Shown here piece after piece: positions 23,554 to 32,000 of a DNA stretch of 32,000 bases. Source of the DNA: Methanocella conradii HZ254 (lineage in GTDB: Archaea; Halobacteriota; Methanocellia; Methanocellales; Methanocellaceae); the NCBI RefSeq assembly GCF_000251105.1, contig NC_017034.1:1540746-1572745 (forward strand), written 5' to 3'. Below the pieces are notes generated by a model that did no database searches, was not told where the DNA came from, and saw nothing but the letters and a program-made list of their open reading frames with translations. How positions within the stretch are numbered: the first letter of the stretch is position 1; the number at the start of each line of letters is the position of its first letter. Position numbers and translations under genes: made by a program.

Positions 23554-24284
23554 TATCCCGTGAAGTCTTCGAGCTTTATCTTTTCATCTGGAATGTCAAG
23601 CGTTTTGAGGGCTTTTTTTAGGGCTTCGTTCATGCTGGGTGGGCCGCATATGTAAAAGACTCTTTCTTTATAGTCGGGTATCTGCTCCTTGACCATCGTT
23701 CCATCTATGTGGCCCTTAAGCCCTTTCCAGTCAGGCTGCCTTGTGATGACGTGCTTAATCGTTAAGTGAGAATCGGCATTCTGCATCTCCTCAAGCTCTT
23801 CCCTGAATACTATATCATCAACGGTCTTGTTGGAGTAAAGCATTATGATGTCCGCGGGCAACCGCATATCCACGCAGTACCGGCAGATGCTCCTGAGGGG
23901 CGTGATGCCAATACCGCCGGTCAAAGCGCCAATCTTTATGCTCTCCCCTGCATAAGTGAACTCCCCGAAAGGCGCGTTAAGCTTAGCCCAATCGCCTGGC
24001 CTCATCCTGTCAAGGGCTTGCGAGTATTCGCTATCAGTTATCTTCTTGGTAAACTCTATGTAATCCTCAGTCGGGCTGCTGGACATCGTGAAGTGGTGCA
24101 TCTTTTCAACGCCGCCAATCCTGATGTTTATGTACATCCACTGGCCAGCCAGGTAGCGGAAACCTTCTGGCTTTTTAAAGCGGAAGCTCTTCACGTCTTT
24201 TGTACGTGGTATGACCTTATCCAGGGTCGTTTCCCAGACGATGGGCTGGATGGCCTGCGCCGCCGCCTCAAATACCATAAACAT
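23550..24284 (-). CDS. FNR-like FAD/NAD(P)-binding oxidoreductase
   Basis: 244-aa ORF. HHFTMSSSP is an RxYS-like FAD-binding motif, GGIGITP is the NAD(P)-binding motif, and the C-terminal YICGPPSM fits the ferredoxin-reductase-type fold. Confidence 0.8.
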   Translation of the reverse strand: MFMVFEAAAQAIQPIVWETTLDKVIPRTKDVKSFRFKKPEGFRYLAGQWMYINIRIGGVEKMHHFTMSSSPTEDYIEFTKKITDSEYSQALDRMRPGDWAKLNAPFGEFTYAGESIKIGALTGGIGITPLRSICRYCVDMRLPADIIMLYSNKTVDDIVFREELEEMQNADSHLTIKHVITRQPDWKGLKGHIDGTMVKEQIPDYKERVFYICGPPSMNEALKKALKTLDIPDEKIKLEDFTGY

Positions 24285-24392
24285 GCCACCAGGTAATGGT
24301 AAGCCTCACATGTCGATAAAGCTGACCTGAAGAAATAAGGGTACAAATGCCATGCAAAGTATTAATAAAAGCGCGTTATACTTTATTCTTCG

Positions 24393-26000
24393 ATGAATTC
24401 CAGGGCTTCAGATGCTCCCATAGCCGTTGAGCTGGCTAAAAAGCAGAAGGCGATAAGCGTCGCCGAGTTCTTCGAGAAGAACAGGCAGATGCTGGGCTTC
24501 GACTCACTCCCCCGAAGCCTCATAACGTGCGTCAAGGAGGCGGTGGATAACTCGCTAGATGCTTGCGAGGAGGCGTCTATACTGCCGGATATCTATATTC
24601 GGATTAAAAAGGTGGACGAGAGGATTCTGAGCGTGGTCGTCGAGGACAATGGGCCTGGGGTGCAGCGTGATGTCCTGCCTCGCGTGTTTGGCAAGCTGCT
24701 GTATGGCAGCCGCTTTCACGCGATAAGGCAAAGCCGGGGCCAGCAGGGCATCGGCATATCGGCGGCCGTGCTCTACGCCCAGCTCACGAGCGGCAAGCCC
24801 GCCCGCATTACATCTAGAATAGACCCGAAGCTGCCCGCATACGTATACGAGCTGAAGATAGACACCGAGACCAACGAGCCTAAGATAATATCCGAGAATT
24901 ATGACGATTTTTTTACTTCGAGGGGCACCAGGATTGAGCTGAGCCTGGAGGCTACGTATGTGAGGGGCAAGCAGTCTGTGCTCGAGTATTTGAGGAATAC
25001 GGCCATCGTGAATCCCCATGCCCGCATCACTTTGGTGGACCCGTATGACGAGAAGTTCGTTTTCGAGCGCGCTTGCGATGTGCTTCCCAGGCAGCCAGTC
25101 GAGATAAAGCCGCACCCGCATGGCATCGAGCTGGGCACGCTCGTAAAGATGCTGCAGTCCACGGATAGCCACAGGCTTAGCACTTTTTTGTCCTCTTCAT
25201 TTGCAAAGATAGGCGGCCACACGATGGAGTCCATATGCAGGGAGGCGAGCCTGGACCCGGGAATGTCCCCGCAGGAGCTTGCTAAGGATATCGAGGCGGT
25301 TAAGAGGCTTCTCGCGGCCTTCCAGAAGATAAAGATAATGGCGCCGCCGAAGGACTGCCTTTCGCCCATCACCGATGACCTCTTGAAGAAGGGCATAACT
25401 CAGAACCACCGTGTGGATTTCATATCGACCGTTTCAAGGCCGGTGAGCGTCTACCGGGGCAACCCGTTTTTGGTGGAGGCAGCGATAGCGTATGGCGGTG
25501 ACATTGACTCGGAAGGCAGGGCTGAGATATACCGTTTCGCTAATAGGGTGCCTCTCATGTACCAGCAAGGCGCCTGCGCCATCACCCACGCGATAGAGCG
25601 TATCAACTGGAAGAACTATGGCCTGGAGCAGCCGAAGGGCGCTAAGGCGCCCATTGGGCCTCTCATGATAATGGTCCACGTGGCCTCCACGAACGTGCCC
25701 TTCACCTCCGAGTCGAAGGATGCCATAGCCGACATACCGGAGATAGAGGACGAGATAGAGCTCGCGGTCAGGGAGGCCGCGAGGGACCTCGGTCGTTACC
25801 TCTCAGAGCAGAAGAAGGCGCTCGATGCCCGTAAAAAAATTAAGATGTTCGAGGCGTATACAAGGGAACTTGCGATTGCCTTAGAAGGCCTTACAGGAAA
25901 GGATCATACAGTGATCGAGTCTAAATTCATGGAAGTGTTATCCAAAAAGTATTCGAGGTTCGTTGGGCCGGAGGAGGCGGAAGAGAATGGCCCGCAGTAA
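24393..26000 (+). CDS. top6B: DNA topoisomerase VI subunit B
   Basis: 535-aa ORF. It begins ...[21 protein letters not shown], carries the GHKL ATPase motifs ([10 protein letters not shown]; DNGPGV; [11 protein letters not shown]), and is immediately followed by and overlaps top6A. Confidence 0.95.
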   Translation: MNSRASDAPIAVELAKKQKAISVAEFFEKNRQMLGFDSLPRSLITCVKEAVDNSLDACEEASILPDIYIRIKKVDERILSVVVEDNGPGVQRDVLPRVFGKLLYGSRFHAIRQSRGQQGIGISAAVLYAQLTSGKPARITSRIDPKLPAYVYELKIDTETNEPKIISENYDDFFTSRGTRIELSLEATYVRGKQSVLEYLRNTAIVNPHARITLVDPYDEKFVFERACDVLPRQPVEIKPHPHGIELGTLVKMLQSTDSHRLSTFLSSSFAKIGGHTMESICREASLDPGMSPQELAKDIEAVKRLLAAFQKIKIMAPPKDCLSPITDDLLKKGITQNHRVDFISTVSRPVSVYRGNPFLVEAAIAYGGDIDSEGRAEIYRFANRVPLMYQQGACAITHAIERINWKNYGLEQPKGAKAPIGPLMIMVHVASTNVPFTSESKDAIADIPEIEDEIELAVREAARDLGRYLSEQKKALDARKKIKMFEAYTRELAIALEGLTGKDHTVIESKFMEVLSKKYSRFVGPEEAEENGPQ

Positions 26001-27084
26001 GGAGATAATCGAAAAGCTGGCCAGGATGGGGGAGGGCGTACTGGAGGACGTCGAGGCTGGAAAGAACCCATCCCTTGACATAACGATAAGATCATTGAAT
26101 AACGTCTACTATGATGAGAAGTCGGGCCTGATAAAGCTGGGCGATGAAAAGCAGAAGCGGTATTACTTTAACCTGGCCCAGGCCAAGAAGTTTCTTCAGA
26201 CCATCCTCATAGCGAAGCAGATAAAGGCTTTACTGGAGCAGGATAAGCCCGCCCTGTCTATACGTCAGCTCTTCTATACGCTTAAGCATGAGATCCCCGG
26301 GACGGGGGAGAATACTTTTGACGTGCAGGAGGAGTCCGATCCCATCATTGAGGACATGGAGCTGATGACTGATAGCCTTCGTGAGGAGCTTAACCTCATA
26401 GCAACGCCGAATGGCGTGCTGGCTGGCCCCATGATAGTAGAGGATAAGACGGGAGACGTTTTGGACTTCACAAAGATGGGCTCGGCTGGGGGCGCGGTGC
26501 CGCCAATCGTGGAAGATGATTATTTCCACATCAAGGAGATGAGCGCCGACTACATCCTCGTCGTGGAGAAATACGCGGTCTGGAACCTCTTGAACCAGGA
26601 GAAGTACTGGAAGAAGAATAATTGCCTGCTTTTGACCGGTAAGGGCCAGCCCGCCCGCGCTGAGCGCAGGCTTCTCGCAAGGTTTGGGGAAGAGTATAAG
26701 ATTCCTATTTATGTTTTCACCGATATGGACCCGTGGGGGTACTATATTTACTCAGTCTATAAGTCTGGGTCCATTAACCTGGCCTTTTTTTCGGAGAAGG
26801 CAGCGTGCCCCAGGGCAAAATACCTCGGGCTTTCCGTAAAAGACGTCATGGACTTTGACATACCAAGAAGCTCGTGGGTCAAGCTTAACGAGGAGGACTT
26901 CAAGCGAATGGAGGAGATAGCCGCATATCCCTGGTTTAAGAAAGAGAGGTGGCAGAGGGAGCTGGCCGACCTCAAGAAGTTCGGCTATAAGATAGAGCAG
27001 GACGCCCTCGTATCGAAGTCCATCGAGTTCACCGCTAACAACTATTTGCCGACGAAGATATCTAATAATGATTATTTCGATTAA
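25987..27084 (+). CDS. top6A: DNA topoisomerase VI subunit A (Spo11 homologue)
   Basis: The ORF track starts at 25963; the in-frame ATG at 25987 ([11 protein letters not shown]...) overlaps the top6B stop by 14 nt. It has the catalytic-Tyr region [12 protein letters not shown] and the Toprim region [11 protein letters not shown] ... [16 protein letters not shown]. Confidence 0.93.
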   Translation: MARSKEIIEKLARMGEGVLEDVEAGKNPSLDITIRSLNNVYYDEKSGLIKLGDEKQKRYYFNLAQAKKFLQTILIAKQIKALLEQDKPALSIRQLFYTLKHEIPGTGENTFDVQEESDPIIEDMELMTDSLREELNLIATPNGVLAGPMIVEDKTGDVLDFTKMGSAGGAVPPIVEDDYFHIKEMSADYILVVEKYAVWNLLNQEKYWKKNNCLLLTGKGQPARAERRLLARFGEEYKIPIYVFTDMDPWGYYIYSVYKSGSINLAFFSEKAACPRAKYLGLSVKDVMDFDIPRSSWVKLNEEDFKRMEEIAAYPWFKKERWQRELADLKKFGYKIEQDALVSKSIEFTANNYLPTKISNNDYFD

Positions 27085-27091
27085 AAGAGGT

Positions 27092-27109
27092 GGGGGCGAG
27101 AGGGCCCCC
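27092..27109. terminator. GC hairpin (GGGGGC-GAGAGG-GCCCCC) between convergent top6A and the surface-protein gene
   Basis: 6-bp G/C stem 27092-27097 / 27104-27109, in the 33-bp gap between two convergent stop codons. It belongs to the same stem family as the hairpins at 13770, 13906 and 31437. Confidence 0.5.
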
Positions 27110-27117
27110 GTATGCGA

Positions 27118-30100
27118 TTAACCCATTTTTCCTAGCAGTTCATAGTAGAGGACGATTACGTCATCAAAGTCCATCCTCGAGTTGTGGTTGAAATCGAAGG
27201 GCGAAAGCCCAACGTTTGCATTGCCCGCCATCCACTCCATACTCTTATAGTAAGCGACGACGTCGTCGAAGTCGAGCCTACCGTTACCATTGATATCCTC
27301 TACGAGGCCATCATCGTCAAGGTCAACGGGCATATTCGAGTAGCCCGGAAACACCTCAACGTAAGGCTTCAACACTATGTACCCGGCCATCGTTTTTGTA
27401 TCGCTCGAATGCTCGTTGGCCACCGCGAGGGAAACGGTATACCTGCCCGGAGCCCTGTACGCATGCGTCGGGTTTTTGAGCGCTGAAGTATCGTTATCGC
27501 CAAAGCTCCAGCTCCACGAGGATGGGCCCGGGTCTCCAGTCGTGAGGTCGACGAAACTAATATTAATCGGCATTAATGGCCCCACCGTACCGCTCGTCGT
27601 GCTCGCCGTGAAATTCGCCATAAGAGGCGTAAACACGGTCAGGCCCCCGTCTAGCGGTGCGCACTCAACAGCCGAGCCATTATCATCATCAAGGTGAGCG
27701 CCATCTATCAGAACGCTCGTCCAGCCTGGCACGTCGCCTCTCACCGTCAACGTCGCAAGCGTAATGTTCGAAGCGCCTGGCCCGACTTGCCCTTCAAGGT
27801 CGACGCCGCTTATCCTCACGGAATCGCCTGGCAGCGCTGTAGTATTATTCAACAAGGCCCATGACGGGTAGCTCACTCCGACGATTTCGCCAACGCTCGA
27901 ATTGACAAGGGACACGTTTAACGAGTAACCCGCGAGCCCTGAACGCGCGTTATCCAGCACGATTTTCACCTCCGTAGTGTTGCCCACCGCCGAGGCCGTA
28001 GAGACTGGCAACATCGACACATTAGCCGGGTTATAGTATTCTAGCACAAGGATGGCGTTACACGCTTCTATCCATCCGCCATCGCTCCTGATCGCCATCT
28101 CATTCCCCGTTGCATTCAACATGCCGCTAACATCAACGTCGCTCACGGATATCTCAGAATCGCCCATATAGACCCATGGGTGATACCATGAATGGCCGTT
28201 AAAGTACATCACACCCTCGCCTCCCGCCCCCGTAGGGCTGCTTATAAGCCTTGCCCCGGCAAGCTTGGCTACATCGATCGCCGTGCCAGTAAACGGCACA
28301 TATGAAGTCGCAAACTCCGGGCTCGAGCCGTAATCCCCATTGCCGCAAAGCATGTCAAACTCCTCGTTCATGAATATCTTTTTCCTCGTGGCGTTTGAGT
28401 TCTCGTATATTACATACAGTATCATGCCGCGGGGGCTTATCCGCTTATCCGAGGGTTTTGTGAAGACTGCATGGTTCTCAGTAGTATTGTACACGCCTGT
28501 CACGTTGTATACGAACATGCCATAGGGCAGGTCGAAATCGCCCCACATTTTCCTATCAGTGTAATGGGCCTCATAAGGTATGGTCACGCCGTTGAAAGTC
28601 ATGGTCGAGCTCTCGGGCACGAACCCATCCTTATCCCAGCACCATGGTAGATACAGGTAAGCAGCGACTACCCTGCTGCCAGGGGGCAGCGGCAAATCAT
28701 TCGCCGTCCAGTTCGCCGTGTAGTTTGCCCACCAGTTCTCCCCGCTCTTATACTGGCTATCTCCAATAGAGTAAATGATATCGCCGCGCACGTCGATGAT
28801 GCGTCTGGTTAGCAGGTCGCTCCCCCCAGAATATCGCTTGCCCATATACCCATTATTAATCACGGCCTTCGTCATCGCCTTAACGTTGTTCGTCTCATCG
28901 GCTTCATCGATAATGTTGTCCGGGTCAACCGTTACCATAGCTTCGGACTGTTCGCCGCTCACATGGATTGTGGGGTCTTGTACTTTTAGCCTGCCCGTGC
29001 CAATGGCTGGCGTTGTCGCGCCCATTGCGAGGCCATCAATGTGTACGGTGTGATTAATCCCATTCAGGGTGACTGTCACGTTGAACGGCCCTGCATCAGC
29101 GTAGCCTATATTCTGAATGACGAACCACAGCGAGTTCGTGGTGCAATTTGCGAAGTAGTACCCTGTGGCGTATCCCATAGACTGTACGCTTAAATCCGGC
29201 GCTACTGAGGAAGCGAGAATATAATCTGACTTTATTGTACTATTAGACATTGTGGCATTGGATATCGTTAGATTGACAGTATAGACGCCTGGCTCCGCAT
29301 ACGTATAGACTGGATTTTGTTCGGTGCTATCGATGGTCCCATCGTTGTCGAAGTCCCAAGCCCAGGAAGTTGGAGCTCCACTTGATTCGTCCGTAAACCT
29401 TACGGTTAATGGAGCGAGGCCACGCGTAACATTAGCCGAAAAACCGGCCACAAGCGGACTGGAATCGAGCACAGTGATAGTTAGACTACGATCAGATGTA
29501 AAATTATCCCATTGACCATCGTAATTTTTACAGGCTGTCACAACTGGATGATATACTCCTGGAACTGTATAAGTGTAAATAGGATATCCCTCTGTGCTAT
29601 CAATGATACCATCGTCATTAAAATCCCAATAATAATAATCCGGAATTGTTTGCATCATGTGATATGAAAATTGAACTGTTAGCGGGTTAAATCCTTCACT
29701 TATATTAACCTTCGGGTCTAGATAAATAGGGGTCACACGCCGAATATAATTTTCTTTTATAATTGTATTGCTTGATGTATTATTATATATAGTTAATTGT
29801 ACTTTATAATATCCGTTTCTCCAAACTAAGTATGAAGGATTTTGTTCATATAACCTTGTAGAAGCACTACTAGGGTCTTTAATTTTCCATTCCCATCGAA
29901 TTGGATTTCCAGAGGACAGATCAGTAAAATGAACGGTTTGAGTACCTATACATAGTCTTTTGTCTACCGTGAAGTCTGCTATGAGCTCGGTGGTTTGGGC
30001 CTTTACGTATGCCGTTTTTGTTTCTGTGTCTGTACCGTTTTTATTTGCTACAGTCAGGCTTACAGTATATGTGCCAGGGTTATTATACGTATAGATCGGA

Positions 30101-31269
30101 TTTTGTTCGGTGCTATCGATGGTCCCATCGTTGTCGAAGTCCCAAGCCCAGGATGTAGCCGCTGTGGACTGGTCGGTAAACTGCACTGTTAGCGGTACTG
30201 TCCCTATAGTCGTATTTGCCATAAAGTCTGCTACTGGCATTACTAATGGCTCCTGGATGGTGAGGAATGCCAGGGGTATCTTAAACGACATGGCATAGCC
30301 GCTGCCCGCAAGGTCTCTATGATAGCCTAGCGTGTAAATAGAGCCACCCGTAATGCTATTGGTCACATCCCACGTCTGCACACCAGAGTAGTCGCCTTGC
30401 ACGTCATAGCCATGTGGAAGAGGGTTCTGGTACGTCTGGGTACTCTGATCGAATCCCGCTGTCGGGAAAGAGTAATACCCATTCAGGCTAGACATGTACG
30501 CGACGGTAAGCCTAGCAGACCCCACCCTGGAAACTTCGCGAGCGTCAAACTCGGTTTCGCCAACGTAGATTTCACCAGAGTCCTCCGCATATTTTGAGGC
30601 GACATCGTGGCCTTGGTTAACCCAGTAATGGACGACTTTTTCCGAGCCGTCATTATACGCTACGACGAGCGCTATCTCCTTGACCCTTCCGTCAAAGCTT
30701 GGATTCACCTTTTGAGTAAGCACATGTACCCTTAAATGGGTCGAATTTATCAGCGAGGTCACATCATACCACATGAAATAGTCGCTGGTCACCCTGTTTA
30801 AGTGGTCGTTTATTATGACTGGACCGGTACCCCCCTGGCCCGGGAAAGAATAAGGCACGTTTAGGTCCTCAAACCATTCATAGTCGTAGATGCCATCGCC
30901 GTTCACGTCTAGCTGGGTGGTGATGTTACCCTGGTAGTTGTTTTGCATGTGTCCGCAGTAGGTTGAAACGTAAAGCCTGGCCCATTGAATGCTCGTATAC
31001 TCGGGTAATGTGAAATCCTTGATTACGTCTTGTGTTCCCCATGTTGGAGGGGTTGCATCCACGTATAGCCCGCCCGACACAGAGCCGTTCTGGACGTTCG
31101 TCAGGGGGATGCCGCCCACGTAACTGTCAGCCATCGCCGTCATTGGCGAGATCATAAAAATAAATAAAATGGTTAGAACGCAATACAGCACCTTGGCATC
31201 TCCAAAAAGCCCTAAGATACCTCTAGAAACGTTTGAAACACTATCATTTAATTGGGATTGGATAACCAT
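27118..31269 (-). CDS. Large secreted mosaic surface protein: signal/anchor, DUF3344-like, 4 PKD, CARDB, second DUF3344-like, cohesin-like, PKD, dockerin-like tail
   Basis: The ORF track opens at 31422, but the first 51 codons lie in a ~20% GC promoter-like tract. The ATG at 31269 gives MVIQSQ...VLYCVLTILFIFMISPMTAMA, a signal peptide. PKD signatures appear as WDFDNDGTIDSTEQNP(I/V)YTY (twice), WDFNDDGIIDSTEGYPIYTY and WSFGDNDTSALKNPTHAY. CARDB is suggested by APDLSV...VTVDPDNIIDEADETNN. The C-terminal EF-hand-like duplicated DINGNGRLDFDDV / FDFNHNSRMDFDDV marks a dockerin. Domain names are from memory. Confidence 0.85.
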   Translation of the reverse strand: MVIQSQLNDSVSNVSRGILGLFGDAKVLYCVLTILFIFMISPMTAMADSYVGGIPLTNVQNGSVSGGLYVDATPPTWGTQDVIKDFTLPEYTSIQWARLYVSTYCGHMQNNYQGNITTQLDVNGDGIYDYEWFEDLNVPYSFPGQGGTGPVIINDHLNRVTSDYFMWYDVTSLINSTHLRVHVLTQKVNPSFDGRVKEIALVVAYNDGSEKVVHYWVNQGHDVASKYAEDSGEIYVGETEFDAREVSRVGSARLTVAYMSSLNGYYSFPTAGFDQSTQTYQNPLPHGYDVQGDYSGVQTWDVTNSITGGSIYTLGYHRDLAGSGYAMSFKIPLAFLTIQEPLVMPVADFMANTTIGTVPLTVQFTDQSTAATSWAWDFDNDGTIDSTEQNPIYTYNNPGTYTVSLTVANKNGTDTETKTAYVKAQTTELIADFTVDKRLCIGTQTVHFTDLSSGNPIRWEWKIKDPSSASTRLYEQNPSYLVWRNGYYKVQLTIYNNTSSNTIIKENYIRRVTPIYLDPKVNISEGFNPLTVQFSYHMMQTIPDYYYWDFNDDGIIDSTEGYPIYTYTVPGVYHPVVTACKNYDGQWDNFTSDRSLTITVLDSSPLVAGFSANVTRGLAPLTVRFTDESSGAPTSWAWDFDNDGTIDSTEQNPVYTYAEPGVYTVNLTISNATMSNSTIKSDYILASSVAPDLSVQSMGYATGYYFANCTTNSLWFVIQNIGYADAGPFNVTVTLNGINHTVHIDGLAMGATTPAIGTGRLKVQDPTIHVSGEQSEAMVTVDPDNIIDEADETNNVKAMTKAVINNGYMGKRYSGGSDLLTRRIIDVRGDIIYSIGDSQYKSGENWWANYTANWTANDLPLPPGSRVVAAYLYLPWCWDKDGFVPESSTMTFNGVTIPYEAHYTDRKMWGDFDLPYGMFVYNVTGVYNTTENHAVFTKPSDKRISPRGMILYVIYENSNATRKKIFMNEEFDMLCGNGDYGSSPEFATSYVPFTGTAIDVAKLAGARLISSPTGAGGEGVMYFNGHSWYHPWVYMGDSEISVSDVDVSGMLNATGNEMAIRSDGGWIEACNAILVLEYYNPANVSMLPVSTASAVGNTTEVKIVLDNARSGLAGYSLNVSLVNSSVGEIVGVSYPSWALLNNTTALPGDSVRISGVDLEGQVGPGASNITLATLTVRGDVPGWTSVLIDGAHLDDDNGSAVECAPLDGGLTVFTPLMANFTASTTSGTVGPLMPINISFVDLTTGDPGPSSWSWSFGDNDTSALKNPTHAYRAPGRYTVSLAVANEHSSDTKTMAGYIVLKPYVEVFPGYSNMPVDLDDDGLVEDINGNGRLDFDDVVAYYKSMEWMAGNANVGLSPFDFNHNSRMDFDDVIVLYYELLGKMG

Positions 31270-31436
31270 AATACCACCTGCAATATAGGCATTAATATAT
31301 ACATAACATGACTTAAATCTTACTACGATATTAAAAAAATAATGCAAACAATAATACATAAAAATATTATTAACATCTGTAATGTTAAGAAATTTTAAAA
31401 AGTTATGAATTGATAACACCATAATAAGATAAATAA

Positions 31437-31460
31437 TTTGCCCCCCATATAGGGGGCAAA
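31437..31460 (-). terminator. Perfect 9-bp hairpin (TTTGCCCCC-CATATA-GGGGGCAAA) downstream of the 31472 gene, in T-rich context on the minus strand
   Basis: The stem 31437-31445 / 31452-31460 begins 11 nt after the stop codon of the upstream minus-strand gene. TTATTTATCTTATT follows on the minus strand. Confidence 0.6.
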
Positions 31461-31471
31461 AAATCTTTTAA

Positions 31472-32000
31472 TCAGGGGTCATGTACCTCCAATATCGCTA
31501 GCGGTATCTTGAATGTCGTATTATACCCCGTGTTGATACTATAATCCCTCTGATAGTGGAACGTGATATCATTGGTCTTGATATTCAAATTACTGACATT
31601 GCTCGTAATGTCCCAAGTCTTCACCCCAGCATATCTTCCCTGTATATCATACCCTTTTTCTAATTTAATTGAGGTATCAGGGTCATAGTTCCCTCCAACG
31701 GTTAGATTATAGTACCCATTGGCGCTCGCCAGGTATATCGACGTTAGCTCAACTGAACGAATGTCATGGTCATCGGGGATGATCGAGGTGCTGAAAGTCG
31801 TATTGCCCATAAACGGTGGGTTACCCGTCATATCCTCGTAAGTCTTTGAGCAAACATCGTGGCCCTGATTAACCCAGTAGTACGTCGTATTACCGCCAGT
31901 GGTGTTGTAGGCGACGATGAGGACTATATCCTTGATACGCCCGTCGAATTTATTGGCGGAAGGAGGGTTATAGGTCCCATCATCGACTCTCTGAGTCGTC
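31472..32000 (-). CDS. DUF3344-like surface protein paralogue, C-terminal part (gene runs off the right window edge)
   Basis: The ORF track lists 31472-31831 from an internal Met. The frame stays open to position 32000. Hand translation gives ...FDGRIKDIVLIVAYNTTGGNTTYYWVNQGHDVCSKTYEDMTGNPPF..., which parallels FDGRVKEIALVVAYNDGSEKVVHYWVNQGHDVASKYAEDSGEIY in the neighbouring large protein. The C-terminal FKIPLAILEVHDP parallels FKIPLAFLTIQEP. Confidence 0.8.
   Translation of the reverse strand, partial: TTQRVDDGTYNPPSANKFDGRIKDIVLIVAYNTTGGNTTYYWVNQGHDVCSKTYEDMTGNPPFMGNTTFSTSIIPDDHDIRSVELTSIYLASANGYYNLTVGGNYDPDTSIKLEKGYDIQGRYAGVKTWDITSNVSNLNIKTNDITFHYQRDYSINTGYNTTFKIPLAILEVHDP

Noticed and set aside
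29500-29960. Inserted mobile element inside the surface-protein gene
   Set aside because: The reading frame is uninterrupted and encodes PKD domains. There are no terminal inverted repeats, target duplications or transposase. It is better explained as a domain cassette of foreign composition, and I report it as a finding rather than as a mobile element.
31270-31422. N-terminal 51-codon extension of the large surface protein
   Set aside because: The extension lies in a ~20% GC promoter-like tract and encodes an implausible Asn/Ile/Phe/Tyr-rich peptide. The Met at 31269 is followed by a proper signal peptide.
1-32000. tRNA, rRNA, C/D-box sRNA or IS elements
   Set aside because: Inspection of all intergenic gaps longer than 40 bp revealed no cloverleaf-compatible GC-rich segments, rRNA-like tracts, convincing C/D box pairs or transposase/integrase ORFs. 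A covariance-model scan would be needed to exclude small RNAs formally.

Overview
Densely coding archaeal chromosomal segment. Gene content points to a methanogen (F420 cofD, Topo VI, family-B polymerase, archaeal Pth2, apgM, geranylgeranyl reductase, minimal nifB). A Methanocella-like assignment is only inference from gene content and mid-50s % GC.

Left part:
- A metal-handling island: a truncated P1B ATPase with a YHS/TRASH N-terminus, a USP, a small membrane protein, a 52-aa TRASH mini-ORF missing from the ORF track, a duplicated-domain secreted protein, and a membrane protein with a CPC motif.
- A dedicated ECF transporter (S component, fused A-A' ATPase, T component).
- An orphan PAS-PAS histidine kinase.

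Middle part:
- polB, followed by a radical-SAM/DUF4130-type putative DNA modification/repair pair.
- The most unusual element in the window: two tandem arrays of a 37-bp unit, with 19 and about 6.5 copies. Each array is internally perfect, and the two unit types match at 29 of 37 positions. The arrays lie in inverted orientation around a 91-bp AT-rich core bordered by mirrored GC hairpins. One array directly abuts the stop codon of a stand-alone minimal nifB.
- Mostly housekeeping genes: apgM; cofD; an overlapping HD(SAMHD1-like)/LpdD-like/UbiX operon; a possible SecB-like protein downstream of pth2; geranylgeranyl reductase; an HExxH protein plus a radical SAM/SPASM enzyme; an FNR-like reductase; and top6B/top6A.

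Right part:
- A 1383-aa mosaic surface protein with 2 DUF3344-like modules, 5 PKD domains, CARDB, a cohesin-like module and a dockerin-like tail. It contains a ~30-35% GC domain cassette and a 56-bp exact internal DNA repeat.
- A truncated DUF3344 paralogue at the window edge.

I recognised no rRNA, tRNA, CRISPR array, transposase or integrase by eye. All homology calls rest on motif recognition from memory, not database searches.
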